DNA from: Saprospiraceae bacterium
GTDB lineage: Bacteria; Bacteroidota; Bacteroidia; Chitinophagales; Saprospiraceae
NCBI GenBank assembly: GCA_034439675.1
Contig: JAWXAW010000076.1
Coordinates: 2,073-66,072, forward strand
Reading direction: 5' to 3'
DNA length: 64,000 bases
Positions 38,290 through 48,424 of the stretch are shown one piece after another; position 1 is the stretch's first letter; each line of letters starts with the position of its first letter. A program made the position numbers and the translations under genes. Under the pieces are notes generated by a model. The model had not been told where the DNA came from. It worked only from the letters and a program-made list of their open reading frames with translations, and ran no database searches.

Positions 38290-39849
38290 TTGTACCTTAC
38301 CCGTATGATCATACTCAACGAAGCCCAAATAAAATCCTGGGATGCTTACACCATAGAGAAGGGCATCAGCTCGCTGGAACTTATGGAACAAGCCGCCATA
38401 GCGGTCACCGACAAGTTGGACTTATTACTGGGAGAGGAGGATCAGGAAGTCCTGATCATCTGTGGCAACGGAAATAATGGTGCAGATGGCCTTGCTATAG
38501 CTCGTTTATTACTAGACATGGACTACATCGTGGACGTCTTTGTCAGCCTGGAAGGGGACCATACCCCGGAATGGAAAGCTAATTATGAGCGACTGATGTC
38601 CCAGGATCCTGAGCAACTGGAGATTCACACGATTTGGAACCCTGAAGAAATAGAATTAAGCCCATCAGGAACCATCATCGATGCCATGTTCGGTACGGGA
38701 TTAAAAAGGCCGATAGATGGCAAGTGGCTGGAAATAACTAATTGGGTCAACGAGCAGAGCAACCTTACAGTGGCCATTGATATGCCCTCAGGTTTGTATG
38801 TAGACCGTGCTCCGGATGGTGAAGTAGTGTATGCGGACCTAGTTTTGACTTTTCAATGTCAGCGTTTGGCTTTTATGATGCCCGAAAGTGAACCTCACTT
38901 CGGAGAAGTCCTTGTATGTAATATTGGATTGTCGGATACTTTCCTACTTGAACATGACATCAGAAATTTTGAACTTTCCTACTACTATCTTCTACCTTTC
39001 CTGATAGACCGCAATAGGTTTAGCCATAAAGGTGATTATGGTCATGGGTTTCTGCTTTCAGGCAGCCTTGGTAAAGCCGGTGCTGCAGTGTTGGCATCCG
39101 GTGCTGCCATGAGGTCAGGTCTAGGTTTGCTGACAGTCCATATTCCGGGCATTATGTATTCTATTCTGCAGGCCGCTGTTCCTGAGGCCATGGTTACGCT
39201 CGATGCGAACCCACACTTCATTTCTGATTTTACTGTTCCCGAAAAAATAGCTGCTCTCGGTATCGGTCCAGGTCTTGGAAAAGATCTTGTGACAATCAAG
39301 GTTGTTGAAAAGCTACTTTCCACCAAACTAAATGTGCCGATGGTTTGGGACGCTGATGCATTGAATATCCTTGCTGGCAGAAAGGACTTACTCGACAAAC
39401 TACCTGCCGGATCCATTATTACTCCCCATCCGGGTGAATTCGATCGGTTGTTTGGCGAACAGGATGATCATTACAGCAGGTTTGCCACGGCACAGCGTGA
39501 AGCCCAGCAAAGGAAAATAAATATTGTCCTGAAAGGTGGGATTACGATCATCTGCCAGTCAAACGGCGTTAGCTTTTTTAATACCCGTGGAAATCCGGGC
39601 ATGGCCACTGCAGGTAGTGGTGATGTGTTGACAGGCGTTATCCTTGGATTACTTAGTCAGGGCTATTCATCAGATTATGCTTCACTCCTTGGAGTATACA
39701 TTCACGCTTCAGCAGGAGACCTCGCCGCCGAAGAGCAAGGTTATGAATCTTTGATAGCCTCCGATATAGTAGAATACCTCGGGGAAGCATTTGAGGAGTT
39801 ACGGCATCGTGAACCTTCCATAGACGAAACGGAAGAAAAGGATGTCTAA
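38290..39849 (+). CDS. nnr: Bifunctional NAD(P)H-hydrate repair enzyme (epimerase plus ADP-dependent dehydratase)
   Basis: YjeF_N motif CGNGNNGADG, and the C-terminal kinase-fold motif GSGDVLTG. The likely start is the ATG at 38305 (MIILNEAQI). Confidence 0.9.
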   Translation: MYLTRMIILNEAQIKSWDAYTIEKGISSLELMEQAAIAVTDKLDLLLGEEDQEVLIICGNGNNGADGLAIARLLLDMDYIVDVFVSLEGDHTPEWKANYERLMSQDPEQLEIHTIWNPEEIELSPSGTIIDAMFGTGLKRPIDGKWLEITNWVNEQSNLTVAIDMPSGLYVDRAPDGEVVYADLVLTFQCQRLAFMMPESEPHFGEVLVCNIGLSDTFLLEHDIRNFELSYYYLLPFLIDRNRFSHKGDYGHGFLLSGSLGKAGAAVLASGAAMRSGLGLLTVHIPGIMYSILQAAVPEAMVTLDANPHFISDFTVPEKIAALGIGPGLGKDLVTIKVVEKLLSTKLNVPMVWDADALNILAGRKDLLDKLPAGSIITPHPGEFDRLFGEQDDHYSRFATAQREAQQRKINIVLKGGITIICQSNGVSFFNTRGNPGMATAGSGDVLTGVILGLLSQGYSSDYASLLGVYIHASAGDLAAEEQGYESLIASDIVEYLGEAFEELRHREPSIDETEEKDV

Positions 39850-40549
39850 GATTGTCGTGCTCACAGGTGCAGGCATCAGTGCTGAAAGTGGGATACGTAC
39901 CTTCCGCGATGCTGGTGGGCTATGGGAAGGTCATAGAATTGAAGATGTAGCCACACCAGAAGCTTGGCTTCGAAATCCCGGTATGGTTCTCGAGTTTTAT
40001 AATGAACGGAGGAAACAGTTAATTGAGACGATACCCAATGCAGCACACCTTGCCCTTGTTGATCTGGAAAATGTACATGATGTAGTCATCATCACCCAGA
40101 ATGTTGACGATCTTCATGAAAGGGCTGGTAGTAAAAATATAATCCACCTGCATGGCGAATTACTTAAAGCCAGGAGCTCACGATACGAGAATCTGATCTA
40201 CGAATGGAAAAAAGATATTCATGCAGGCGACTTGTGTGAAAAGGGTTATCAACTTCGTCCTCATATTGTGTGGTTTGGAGAAATGGTCCCTATGCTGGAA
40301 AAAGCTATAGATGAAATACGTACAGCAGATAGTGTCATGGTCATTGGAAGCAGCATGCAGGTCTATCCTGCTGCAAGCCTCGTAGCCTATGCACCTGTAA
40401 AGGCAGATATTTATTACATAGATCCGAACCCACAATTAAATTATGAATTGAGTAGAAGACCCGGTTTGAAAATATTATCTAAGCTTGCTTCTGAGGGTGT
40501 TCAAAAGATTGTGAGGGAGTTGAGTAGGCGGGAAGAAGCCGAAGGGTAA
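39842..40549 (+). CDS. cobB: NAD-dependent protein deacylase (sirtuin)
   Basis: GAGISAESGIRTFRD, QNVDDLHERAG and HLHG motifs. It overlaps the nnr stop by 8 nt. Confidence 0.92.
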   Translation: MSKIVVLTGAGISAESGIRTFRDAGGLWEGHRIEDVATPEAWLRNPGMVLEFYNERRKQLIETIPNAAHLALVDLENVHDVVIITQNVDDLHERAGSKNIIHLHGELLKARSSRYENLIYEWKKDIHAGDLCEKGYQLRPHIVWFGEMVPMLEKAIDEIRTADSVMVIGSSMQVYPAASLVAYAPVKADIYYIDPNPQLNYELSRRPGLKILSKLASEGVQKIVRELSRREEAEG

Positions 40550-40580
40550 AAGATGAATTTTACAAACAAGGGTTTATTTG

Positions 40581-40706
40581 TAGGGGTTCATTTGCATAGG
40601 GGTTCATTTGCATAGGGGTTCATTTGCGTAAGGGTTCATTTATGTAGGGGTTCATTTACGTAAGGGTTCATTTGCGTAAGGGTTCATTTATGTAGGGGTT
40701 CAAAAT
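40581..40706 (+). repeat. Eight head-to-tail copies of a 16-bp unit TA(G/A)GGGTTCATTT(G/A)(C/T)(A/G)
   Basis: Units start at 40581, 40597, 40613, 40629, 40645, 40661, 40677 and 40693, an exact 16-nt period. A degenerate unit lies just upstream, starting at about 40566. Confidence 0.9.
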
Positions 40707-40735
40707 ATTGAACCCCTACATAAATGAACCCTTAC
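40676..40735. terminator. Long perfect hairpin (28-bp stem, 4-nt loop) between convergent genes. Likely a bidirectional transcript-end structure.
   Basis: gtaagggttcatttatgtaggggttcaa (40676-40703), loop aata, then ttgaacccctacataaatgaacccttac (40708-40735). The left arm is the last two tandem units. Confidence 0.6.
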
Positions 40736-40799
40736 AAATATAATTTTTTGTCAATTCAATATTTTGAACCCCTAGAAATCAGCATGTTTGCTGGTATAA

Positions 40800-43700
40800 T
40801 CATTTCGGCATATCAATCTGTTTAAAGAGTGGCCAATCCAACCCTTCAAAAAATGTCTTATAGGCTGCCCATGGCCCTGAGAGAAATGCATTTACGGCTA
40901 TTACATTTTTTTCCACTTCCTGTTGAGTCTGGGAGAATATCTGTTTTGCATTTGCACCCGGCTCTCCCAATGAACTATTGAGATATGCACCAGTAACATC
41001 AAGGTAACGGTTGAGATTATCGGATTCTCTTCTGATCCCTTTCATTCCATCAGGCTCCATAAACCCCTTTTCAAGTTCTTCGAGCTGCTTCATAAGTTCC
41101 TTAGTCTTCTCCTTTAATTTCGCCTGCGTACTGTCCGGTGCATTCATGATCATGGACTCAATCATTTTGACATCCTTGCGAACATCCTGCAGGGCACGAA
41201 ATGCAACCTGCGCTCGGCTTACTTCATTATTGAATTCAACCATCATGGCATTGCGCGCTGTAAGATCGGCAGTATTTATAGTCAACCGCGGATCCAACCT
41301 GACATTGACAGTCACTGAATCCCTTTGACCATCGTATATACCTACGAGCTTATAGATGCCTGGAAATACGTACTCGCCTGAAGGATCATCCGCATCTTTA
41401 GATGGCTCATTGCGAGAAGGATATCTGACACCTTTCTGACGCATATCCCAGCCTACCATGTTCCATCCTTCTTTCAATTTCTGGTTGATATACCGCAACG
41501 TATCTCCACCACTATTGAGTACATACAGTTTCAACAAATTCTTATCCTTCTTCGCTTCGACTTGCTTAATCGTATCGACAACAATATTACTTTTTTGCGT
41601 TTCATCAGCTTTAGCTGCTTGCTTCTTTTGTTGTTTTTCATTTCCGGTAGTGGATGCCTCCATAGTCACAGTAGCCTTCTTTACTTCAGGTTTGACATAG
41701 GTCATCATGCCAACTCCACTCATTCTATTTGCTCCTTTAAATTCAGCGTCAGCAGTAAACCGGATTCCATCCACGCTGCGAAATTGAGCTTGCGTTGCAT
41801 CTGCCACCGAAAACATCTTGAAAGGCTTATCCAGGACGCTTCTGTTACGGGCTATTTCACGCAAGGGCAATACATTATCCATGACCCATAATGCCCTGCC
41901 AAAGGTGGCAATGGCAAGACTATGATCGGTCGGATGAATCTTCAGATCAAGTGTGGGAACCCTTGGAAAGATTTTGGACGGAAATCTTGACCATGATTTC
42001 CCTTTATCTGTGCTGACGTACATACCATCATCTGCACCAAGAAATAATAGTTCAGGAACCTCAGGATCCTGAACTACGCAATGAACAAATGAAGTGACTT
42101 GCTGATCATTGACTATTTTCTTCCAGGTCTGACCATAATCTGTTGTATGAAATAAATACGCACTCCAATCTCCACGACGATAATGGTTCATGACGACGAA
42201 TGCTTCACCTCCCTGGTAGGATGATACTTCTATCTGAGGAATCCATGCATCTGCCGGGCTACCTGTAATCCTTGGCGTAAGATTTGTCCATGATTTTCCT
42301 CCATCACGGGTCACTTGGAGACGACCATCATCCGTACCAACCCAGATCACTTTTTGGTCAACCTGGCTTGGGGCTATACACACTATCGTAGTATGATTTT
42401 CTGCATTGGTTGCATCAATAGTCAGGCCACCTGACAAATGTTGTTTTTGCCTGGTGGTATCATTGGAAGTTAAATCTGGAGAAATGATTTCCCAGGTCTT
42501 ACCACAATCAATACTCTTGTGGACGAACTGGCTACCGTAATAAATACCGCAATTTTGTCCCGGCACCGGAGCTATAGCAGCATTCCAGTTAAACCGAAGG
42601 AAAACACCTTCCGGATGGACAGGTTTTACAAATTGGTTATAGCCCGTTTCCCGGTCGTAATAAGCTAGATTGCCCCCCTGGCTCATCGCCCAGCCATACC
42701 TGGTATCCGACAATTTTGGAAGGACATCAAACCCGTCACCAAAATATAATTCCCGCCAATCCTGGTTCCGTATTCCTCCAGCCTTAAGTGCAAATGCAGG
42801 ACCCACCCATGAGCCATTATCCTGCATACCACCATACAGATTGTATGGATACTCCTGATCAATATTTATATGGTAAAACTGACCAACCGGAATATTTGAA
42901 CAGAAATACCAATTGTGCCCCCCGTCTCTTGAAATGTTTAATCCCCCATCATTGCCATCTATAATGTAATCGGGATTGTCCGGATGAATCCAGAAAGCAT
43001 GATGATCCGGATGAACCCCTTTGCCATAATCAAGAATAGTTTCAAAGGTTCGTCCTCCATCTTCACTTTTTGAGACGAATGAGTATAGGTTCCATAGCCT
43101 GTTTTCATTTTTCGGATCGACATATATTTCATGATAATAAAAGGGTCTGTTTCCGATGTTGTTTGTGGTGACTAGCGACCAGTGTTCTCCGCCATCTGTG
43201 CTCTTGTATAACCCGTTTTCTTTAGCTTCAATCAGTGCATAAACGATATTCGGCATCGACGGTGATACCGCCAGCCCGATTCTTCCTAAAGTTCCTGACG
43301 GCAGACCTTCTTCAGTGGTTAATTTCTTCCACTTATCCCCTCCATCATAAGAAATATACAAACCGGATCCTTCGCCACCACTGACAAACTCCCAGGGTGT
43401 CCGCATATGTTCATAAAGTGCTGCTATCATTTTACGAGGATTGACAGGATCCATGACCAAATCCCCTATGCCTGACTTGTCATTTGAGTACAGGATTTTT
43501 GTCCAGGTCTTACCGCTGTCAGATGACTTGTAAACACCTCGCTCGGATGAGGGATTCCATGGAGATCCACCAGCCCCAACATAGATGGTCGATGGGTTAT
43601 GATAATCGATGAGTATGCGGTGTATTACTTTGGTTTCAGATAAACCCATATGCATCCAGGTGCGCCCTGCATCCAATGATCGGAATATTCCTTTACCACT

Positions 43701-44045
43701 GTTTTGAGAATTCCTGGGATTACCTTCTCCGGTGCCTACCCAGATTTCACTTGGATTTTGTTGGTTTATTTTGATAGCGCCGATGGCTAAAGATGGCTGA
43801 TCATCAAATATTGGACTCCACTCTACCCCGCCATCCGTTGACTCCCACACTCCGCCTGAAGCTGAGCCGATATATATGTGGTTAGGGGCTGCGTTCACTA
43901 CATCGATTGCCGTTATGCGCCCACTCATGCCGGCAGGGCCAACATTCCGAACAGAGAATCCTTCAAGGATTTTATCATCTAATGGTTGGCCTGAAAGAAT
44001 GACAGTTGATATAAATGATGCGAGGAAGAGAAGAATTGATTTCAT
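40800..44045 (-). CDS. Sortilin/VPS10-like BNR (Asp-box) repeat protein, a paralog of 25102-28449
   Basis: 1081 aa. The N-terminus VRNVGPAGMSGRITAIDV parallels FRSIGPALTSGRISEIAV of the other copy. Asp-boxes are present: STDGGVEW, SLDAGRTW, SSDSGKTW, STDGGEHW, SEDGGRTF, SIDCGKTW, TRDGGKSW, TTDYGQTW, STDKGKSW. Confidence 0.85.
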   Translation of the reverse strand: MKSILLFLASFISTVILSGQPLDDKILEGFSVRNVGPAGMSGRITAIDVVNAAPNHIYIGSASGGVWESTDGGVEWSPIFDDQPSLAIGAIKINQQNPSEIWVGTGEGNPRNSQNSGKGIFRSLDAGRTWMHMGLSETKVIHRILIDYHNPSTIYVGAGGSPWNPSSERGVYKSSDSGKTWTKILYSNDKSGIGDLVMDPVNPRKMIAALYEHMRTPWEFVSGGEGSGLYISYDGGDKWKKLTTEEGLPSGTLGRIGLAVSPSMPNIVYALIEAKENGLYKSTDGGEHWSLVTTNNIGNRPFYYHEIYVDPKNENRLWNLYSFVSKSEDGGRTFETILDYGKGVHPDHHAFWIHPDNPDYIIDGNDGGLNISRDGGHNWYFCSNIPVGQFYHINIDQEYPYNLYGGMQDNGSWVGPAFALKAGGIRNQDWRELYFGDGFDVLPKLSDTRYGWAMSQGGNLAYYDRETGYNQFVKPVHPEGVFLRFNWNAAIAPVPGQNCGIYYGSQFVHKSIDCGKTWEIISPDLTSNDTTRQKQHLSGGLTIDATNAENHTTIVCIAPSQVDQKVIWVGTDDGRLQVTRDGGKSWTNLTPRITGSPADAWIPQIEVSSYQGGEAFVVMNHYRRGDWSAYLFHTTDYGQTWKKIVNDQQVTSFVHCVVQDPEVPELLFLGADDGMYVSTDKGKSWSRFPSKIFPRVPTLDLKIHPTDHSLAIATFGRALWVMDNVLPLREIARNRSVLDKPFKMFSVADATQAQFRSVDGIRFTADAEFKGANRMSGVGMMTYVKPEVKKATVTMEASTTGNEKQQKKQAAKADETQKSNIVVDTIKQVEAKKDKNLLKLYVLNSGGDTLRYINQKLKEGWNMVGWDMRQKGVRYPSRNEPSKDADDPSGEYVFPGIYKLVGIYDGQRDSVTVNVRLDPRLTINTADLTARNAMMVEFNNEVSRAQVAFRALQDVRKDVKMIESMIMNAPDSTQAKLKEKTKELMKQLEELEKGFMEPDGMKGIRRESDNLNRYLDVTGAYLNSSLGEPGANAKQIFSQTQQEVEKNVIAVNAFLSGPWAAYKTFFEGLDWPLFKQIDMPK

Positions 44046-44194
44046 GAACGGAAATTAACTGTTGATTTTAATAAATATAATATATGTAAAACGGTATGTG
44101 CGTGTGGATGATGGAAACGCAATTTCGGAAGATAATGATACCCGAATAAAACGAATAGAAAGTCCAAATGTGGGAAAAGTGCAGGATCAGGTTA

Positions 44195-46066
44195 CTATGA
44201 TTTTAAAAAATGCCATACGTTATTTTCTCTGTCAACATCCAGCATACGAAAAAAAGGATCTATGGTAACAGACTGGATCTGTTCAGGTGTGAATGGCACC
44301 TGAAATATGTAATAAGGATTAACCCAGTTCCAGTCCGGCAATAACCCATAGGATTTATCATCTGGCCCGTTTTCCATCTTTCCTCCACGCATGATATCAA
44401 GAGGAATGGTATAGAATATCTGTGTTCCCTCTTTGGTATGAATCACCACATCAATCGGCATGGGCATGGCTCCTAAGCGCTCAAGTATGATCGCAGATTG
44501 TGCCTGGGTACCAAACACCGTATCAATAGCATAATCAACTGTCTTTAAAGAATAAACCATGTAGTCCCTGTACCAATCCAGTTCAAGTCCCGAGGTTTTT
44601 TCCATGATACGAATGAAATCATTGTCGTCAGGGTGTTTAAATTTCCAAGTATTAAAAAAATCAAGCAAACCCCGATCAAATGCAGGTTTACCGATCACAT
44701 ATTCAAGTTGGTGCAAAAACAAAGAACCTTTTTGATAAGCAGCATCGCCATAAGCGCCATTATTTTCAAAGTGATCTGCATGGGTAGACAAAGGCTCCTC
44801 TACGCCTGACATGACAAGAGCAATATACCCGTTGTAGAAACTCTCATACGGCATTGGATCAGGATCTCCGGGAATGAGCCCTTTTGATCTGAGATGATTC
44901 ATCACACGCTCAGCTGCATAGTTTGTGAATCCTTCATCCATCCAGTAGTAGTAACTCTCATTAAAACCGAGCACCATCTGGTACCAGCTATGCATCAGTT
45001 CATGGACGGATACGCCTACCAGACTGGTCAGGGACCTATGACCAGTAATTAAGGTTGCCATAGGGTACTCCATGCCCCCATCTCCGCCCTGGATAAAGGA
45101 ATACACCGGATAGGGATATTTTCCGAAGTGAATATTAATATACCTGAACGCTTCTTCCATAATCGGAAGAAGGGCTTCCCAGTTTCCGTTAAAAGTTTCA
45201 TGTGGCTGATAAAATGAATGAAGCAAAAGTCCATCAGCACATGTATAGATGTCATGTTTGTAATCAGGATCTGCTGCCCAGACAAAATCATGTACATCCT
45301 TTGCTTTAAAATGCCAGGTATTCCTTTGGTGTGGTGTATCTTTTGAAGGTGCATAACCATGGCCTATCTTCTTAGCATTCTGCAATTCTCCAGTGGCTGC
45401 CACGGTATATCCAGCATCCAGGGATATGCTTACATCAAATTCACCCCACACTCCATAAAACTCGCGGGCGATGTATGGATCTGCGTGCCAGCCCCGTGTA
45501 TCAAATTCACATAGCTTTGGATACCATTGGGCCATGGAGTATCGAATTCCTTCTGCGTTGTCCCTACCAGACCGCCTGACCTGAATAGGAACCTGAGCCT
45601 CATATTCCATTTCAAACTTAATAGATTGACCCGGCCGGATAGGCCTGGAAAGATCTACCTCCAAAATGGTACCTACTACTTCGTAATTGACCTTCATTCC
45701 ATCTTGTGTCAATGATAAGATTTTGTGATAGCCGATTTCTTTGTCCGTTAGTCGGGAAATTCTCGACCCTACCCTGGGATCAGAATCAGCCAGGGTTCTG
45801 GCCCTGACATCCATGGTGCTTCCGGGTTGGAATGCATTGAAATAGAGGTGAAAAAATACTTTCTCAAGCGTCTCTGGAGAGTTGTTTTGATATTTAACTG
45901 ATTGTCTGCCGGAAAACCTGTTGGTCTCTACATCCAGGTTGATTTCTATCTTATACCTGACCTCCTGCTGCCAATACGTCTTATCCGATGGTACGCCAGC
46001 GGTGGACAAATAAGTGCTTAAAAGGGCTAATGCAAGACAAATAGTTGAAATAAACCTATCGGACAT
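44195..46066 (-). CDS. M1-family (gluzincin) metallopeptidase, secreted
   Basis: HELMH followed 18 residues later by E (WMDEGF), giving HEXXH-X18-E. The start is taken at MSDRFISTICLALALL (signal). The ORF track opens further upstream at 46117. Confidence 0.88.
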   Translation of the reverse strand: MSDRFISTICLALALLSTYLSTAGVPSDKTYWQQEVRYKIEINLDVETNRFSGRQSVKYQNNSPETLEKVFFHLYFNAFQPGSTMDVRARTLADSDPRVGSRISRLTDKEIGYHKILSLTQDGMKVNYEVVGTILEVDLSRPIRPGQSIKFEMEYEAQVPIQVRRSGRDNAEGIRYSMAQWYPKLCEFDTRGWHADPYIAREFYGVWGEFDVSISLDAGYTVAATGELQNAKKIGHGYAPSKDTPHQRNTWHFKAKDVHDFVWAADPDYKHDIYTCADGLLLHSFYQPHETFNGNWEALLPIMEEAFRYINIHFGKYPYPVYSFIQGGDGGMEYPMATLITGHRSLTSLVGVSVHELMHSWYQMVLGFNESYYYWMDEGFTNYAAERVMNHLRSKGLIPGDPDPMPYESFYNGYIALVMSGVEEPLSTHADHFENNGAYGDAAYQKGSLFLHQLEYVIGKPAFDRGLLDFFNTWKFKHPDDNDFIRIMEKTSGLELDWYRDYMVYSLKTVDYAIDTVFGTQAQSAIILERLGAMPMPIDVVIHTKEGTQIFYTIPLDIMRGGKMENGPDDKSYGLLPDWNWVNPYYIFQVPFTPEQIQSVTIDPFFRMLDVDRENNVWHFLKS

Positions 46067-46227
46067 AGAAATCAATATAATTTTCGAAAAGTAATAAACA
46101 TTTGAGGTGTAAATCAATCCAAACCCTCTTTAACAGCCGTAATTATACAAATTAGCCGGAATTTCGGATCCAGGTAATCAATATTAGGGCTATTTGGATA
46201 AAAGAATCTTATTACATTTGGAGCAAC

Positions 46228-46791
46228 ATGAATCAAACCAGGGCCATAATAATTTCATTGCTGATTGTCGGGATTGCAAGCAGGTTGATTCCTCACTACC
46301 CCAACTTTACGGCCATTGGTGCCATTTCACTTTTCGGAGCTGCTTTTGGGTCCAGGAGAAGTATTGCGATCATCATACCTTATCTGGTCATGCTTTTTAG
46401 TGACATGATTCTCAATAATGTCATTTATGCCCGCATATACCCCGATGATTACTCGAGTTTCATCTTTTTGTATCGTGGGGCTTTGTGGAGCTATGCTGCT
46501 TTCGGGATTATTGTGATCTTTGGATATACCCTCTTTCGGAATGGAGTTGATCTATCAAAAGTGATTTTCGGAGCTCTTGGTTCCTCCACCATTTTTTTCC
46601 TTCTTTCTAACTTTGGTGTCTGGGCATCCACTGGAGCGTACACTGTCAATTTCAGTGGCCTCCTGGCCTGTTACGCAGCAGGGTTACCTTTCATGATCAA
46701 CCAGGTTTTTGGCGATTTGTTTTACAGTCTGGTGCTCTTTGGAGTCGCTTTGCATGTATTCCAGCTAAAGCCAAAACGCTTGCTAGCTTAG
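46228..46791 (+). CDS. Polytopic membrane protein, DUF6580-like putative transport component (tentative)
   Basis: 187 aa. SRLIPHYPNFTAIGAISLFGAAF resembles the family N-terminus (RL.PH.PNFTP.GA.ALFGG). A TACATTTG (TAnnTTTG) motif lies at 46213-46220, just upstream. Confidence 0.5.
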   Translation: MNQTRAIIISLLIVGIASRLIPHYPNFTAIGAISLFGAAFGSRRSIAIIIPYLVMLFSDMILNNVIYARIYPDDYSSFIFLYRGALWSYAAFGIIVIFGYTLFRNGVDLSKVIFGALGSSTIFFLLSNFGVWASTGAYTVNFSGLLACYAAGLPFMINQVFGDLFYSLVLFGVALHVFQLKPKRLLA

Positions 46792-46998
46792 ATTTCAGTC
46801 CTCAGTTGACAGTTTGCAGTCTTTACCCATTTTAATAGGCGATTATTCACTCCAAATCAATTGATCCTATTTTCCCGCCGCAAATGCCCTGCATATGGCG
46901 GGATCTCCGCTTCGCTTCGACCTGCCTCCTGTTTCCCACTTTTCACTCACGTCTAGCGTCGTGATCTACGCTGGGCTTCGATTTTCATTTTTCACTTT

Positions 46999-47556
46999 TC
47001 ATTTTTCACTTCTAGGCATCCACTTAACCTCTTCCACACCTTCCCTTGCACCCAGCCATCTGGCCAGGACAAAGAAGAAGTCTGAAAGCCTGTTGAGATA
47101 TAAAATGATAATAGGTTCGACTACTGAGTTGAATGCCAGTGTGACACACCTTCGCTCTGCCCTTCTGCATACGGTGCGGGCAAGATGAGCTGCACTGACA
47201 GAAGGACTTCCACCAGGCATAATAAAATGTTTGAGCACAGGTAGCGTGTCCTGCATTTTATCGATGGATCGCTCTATAAGTTTGATATCCTCATCCAGCA
47301 AATCCGGTGTAATCATATTTTTTCCGGGCTCGCTGGCCAGATTTGAGCCTACGGTAAACAACCTTGACTGTATAGTTTGTAGTAAATGGTCAATTTGCTG
47401 ATCAGGAACGGTTGACATGAGCCATCCGATCACAGCGTTCAGTTCATCCACAGTGCCATAAGCCTCAATGCGCATATGATCTTTGGGTAAACGAGCTCCG
47501 CCAAAAAGGCCGGTCGTGCCATCATCACCTGTTTTAGTATAAATCTTATTGGACAT
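46999..47556 (-). CDS. PduO-type ATP:cob(I)alamin adenosyltransferase
   Basis: IYTKTGDDGTTGLFGG N-terminal motif, EAYGTVDELN, and YLNRLSDFFFVLAR. Confidence 0.9.
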   Translation of the reverse strand: MSNKIYTKTGDDGTTGLFGGARLPKDHMRIEAYGTVDELNAVIGWLMSTVPDQQIDHLLQTIQSRLFTVGSNLASEPGKNMITPDLLDEDIKLIERSIDKMQDTLPVLKHFIMPGGSPSVSAAHLARTVCRRAERRCVTLAFNSVVEPIIILYLNRLSDFFFVLARWLGAREGVEEVKWMPRSEK

Positions 47557-47567
47557 AGGTAATGTGA

Positions 47568-48338
47568 TTACTCAGGATGTACAGCCGTTTCAGAAAATGA
47601 TGTTATGTAATTCGGATTGAGTGCATCCGATTCCACAAATCCATCCCTGAGTTTTACAACACGATGGGCATAAAGGGAGATATCAAATTCGTGCGTCACC
47701 AGAATAATCGTATTACCAAGCGAATGGATTTTACCAAAAATCTCCATGATTTCAAGAGAGGTCTTGGAATCCAGATTACCGGTAGGTTCATCTGCGAGGA
47801 TGATGGAAGGGTTATTAACCAATGCCCTGGCAATAGCGACGCGCTGGCGTTGTCCACCAGACAATTCATTTGGCTTATGATGCATCCGGTCGGTAAGACT
47901 GACCTGCTCAAGTACATGCTCTGCAATCTCCTCACGCATCGATCTCCTGACACCGGCATAGACAAGAGGCAACGCGACATTATCGAGAGCCGATAGCCTG
48001 GGTAAGAGGTTAAAGGTCTGGAATACAAACCCGATCTCCTTATTTCGTACAGCGGCCAACTCAGCATCACTCATTTCACTTACCAACTGGTTATTGAGGA
48101 AATATTGACCGGACGAGGGTGTATCCAGACAACCAAACAGGTTCATCAAGGTACTTTTACCTGATCCGGAAGGCCCCATAAGGGCGACATATTCATTTTT
48201 TTGGATCTCAAGGGTCACGGAACGCAGGGCGTGGACTTTTTCCATCCCCATAATATACGTTCTGGAGAGTTCTTTGACAGAAATAATTGGTCTGATCTCT
48301 TGCATAACTTCAAAAGTATGGCTTTTCAACCTTGACAT
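47568..48338 (-). CDS. ABC transporter ATP-binding protein (MacB/LolD/FtsE-like)
   Basis: Walker [10 protein letters not shown], signature [15 protein letters not shown], and Walker [13 protein letters not shown]. The probable start is M12 at 48305. Confidence 0.9.
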   Translation of the reverse strand: MSRLKSHTFEVMQEIRPIISVKELSRTYIMGMEKVHALRSVTLEIQKNEYVALMGPSGSGKSTLMNLFGCLDTPSSGQYFLNNQLVSEMSDAELAAVRNKEIGFVFQTFNLLPRLSALDNVALPLVYAGVRRSMREEIAEHVLEQVSLTDRMHHKPNELSGGQRQRVAIARALVNNPSIILADEPTGNLDSKTSLEIMEIFGKIHSLGNTIILVTHEFDISLYAHRVVKLRDGFVESDALNPNYITSFSETAVHPE

Positions 48339-48424
48339 GACAATTATTTGGACTATTCGGGCTATTCAATCGCCGAAGCTTTTTATTTTACGGCCTTATA
48401 CCATCGTTTAGTATACCAACTGTA

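Noticed and set aside
40581-40706. Possible mini-CRISPR or short repeat-spacer array
   Set aside because: The units are contiguous 16-mers with no spacers at all.
44062-44268. 68-aa + strand ORF between the sortilin-like gene and the M1 peptidase
   Set aside because: It overlaps the peptidase 3' end in antisense and has no motif or signal. It is likely a chance ORF.
46118-46227. Cobalamin riboswitch upstream of the DUF6580-like gene, next to pduO
   Set aside because: The gap is only ~110 nt, and I see no B12-box-like GCCACTG core and no long paired stems. It is too short for the ~200-nt element.
46982-47009. Perfect tandem duplication of ttttcatttttcac (14 bp, two copies) at the pduO-type gene stop
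   Set aside because: It is a short, low-complexity T-rich duplication overlapping the last codons, with only two copies and no accompanying structure. It was judged incidental.
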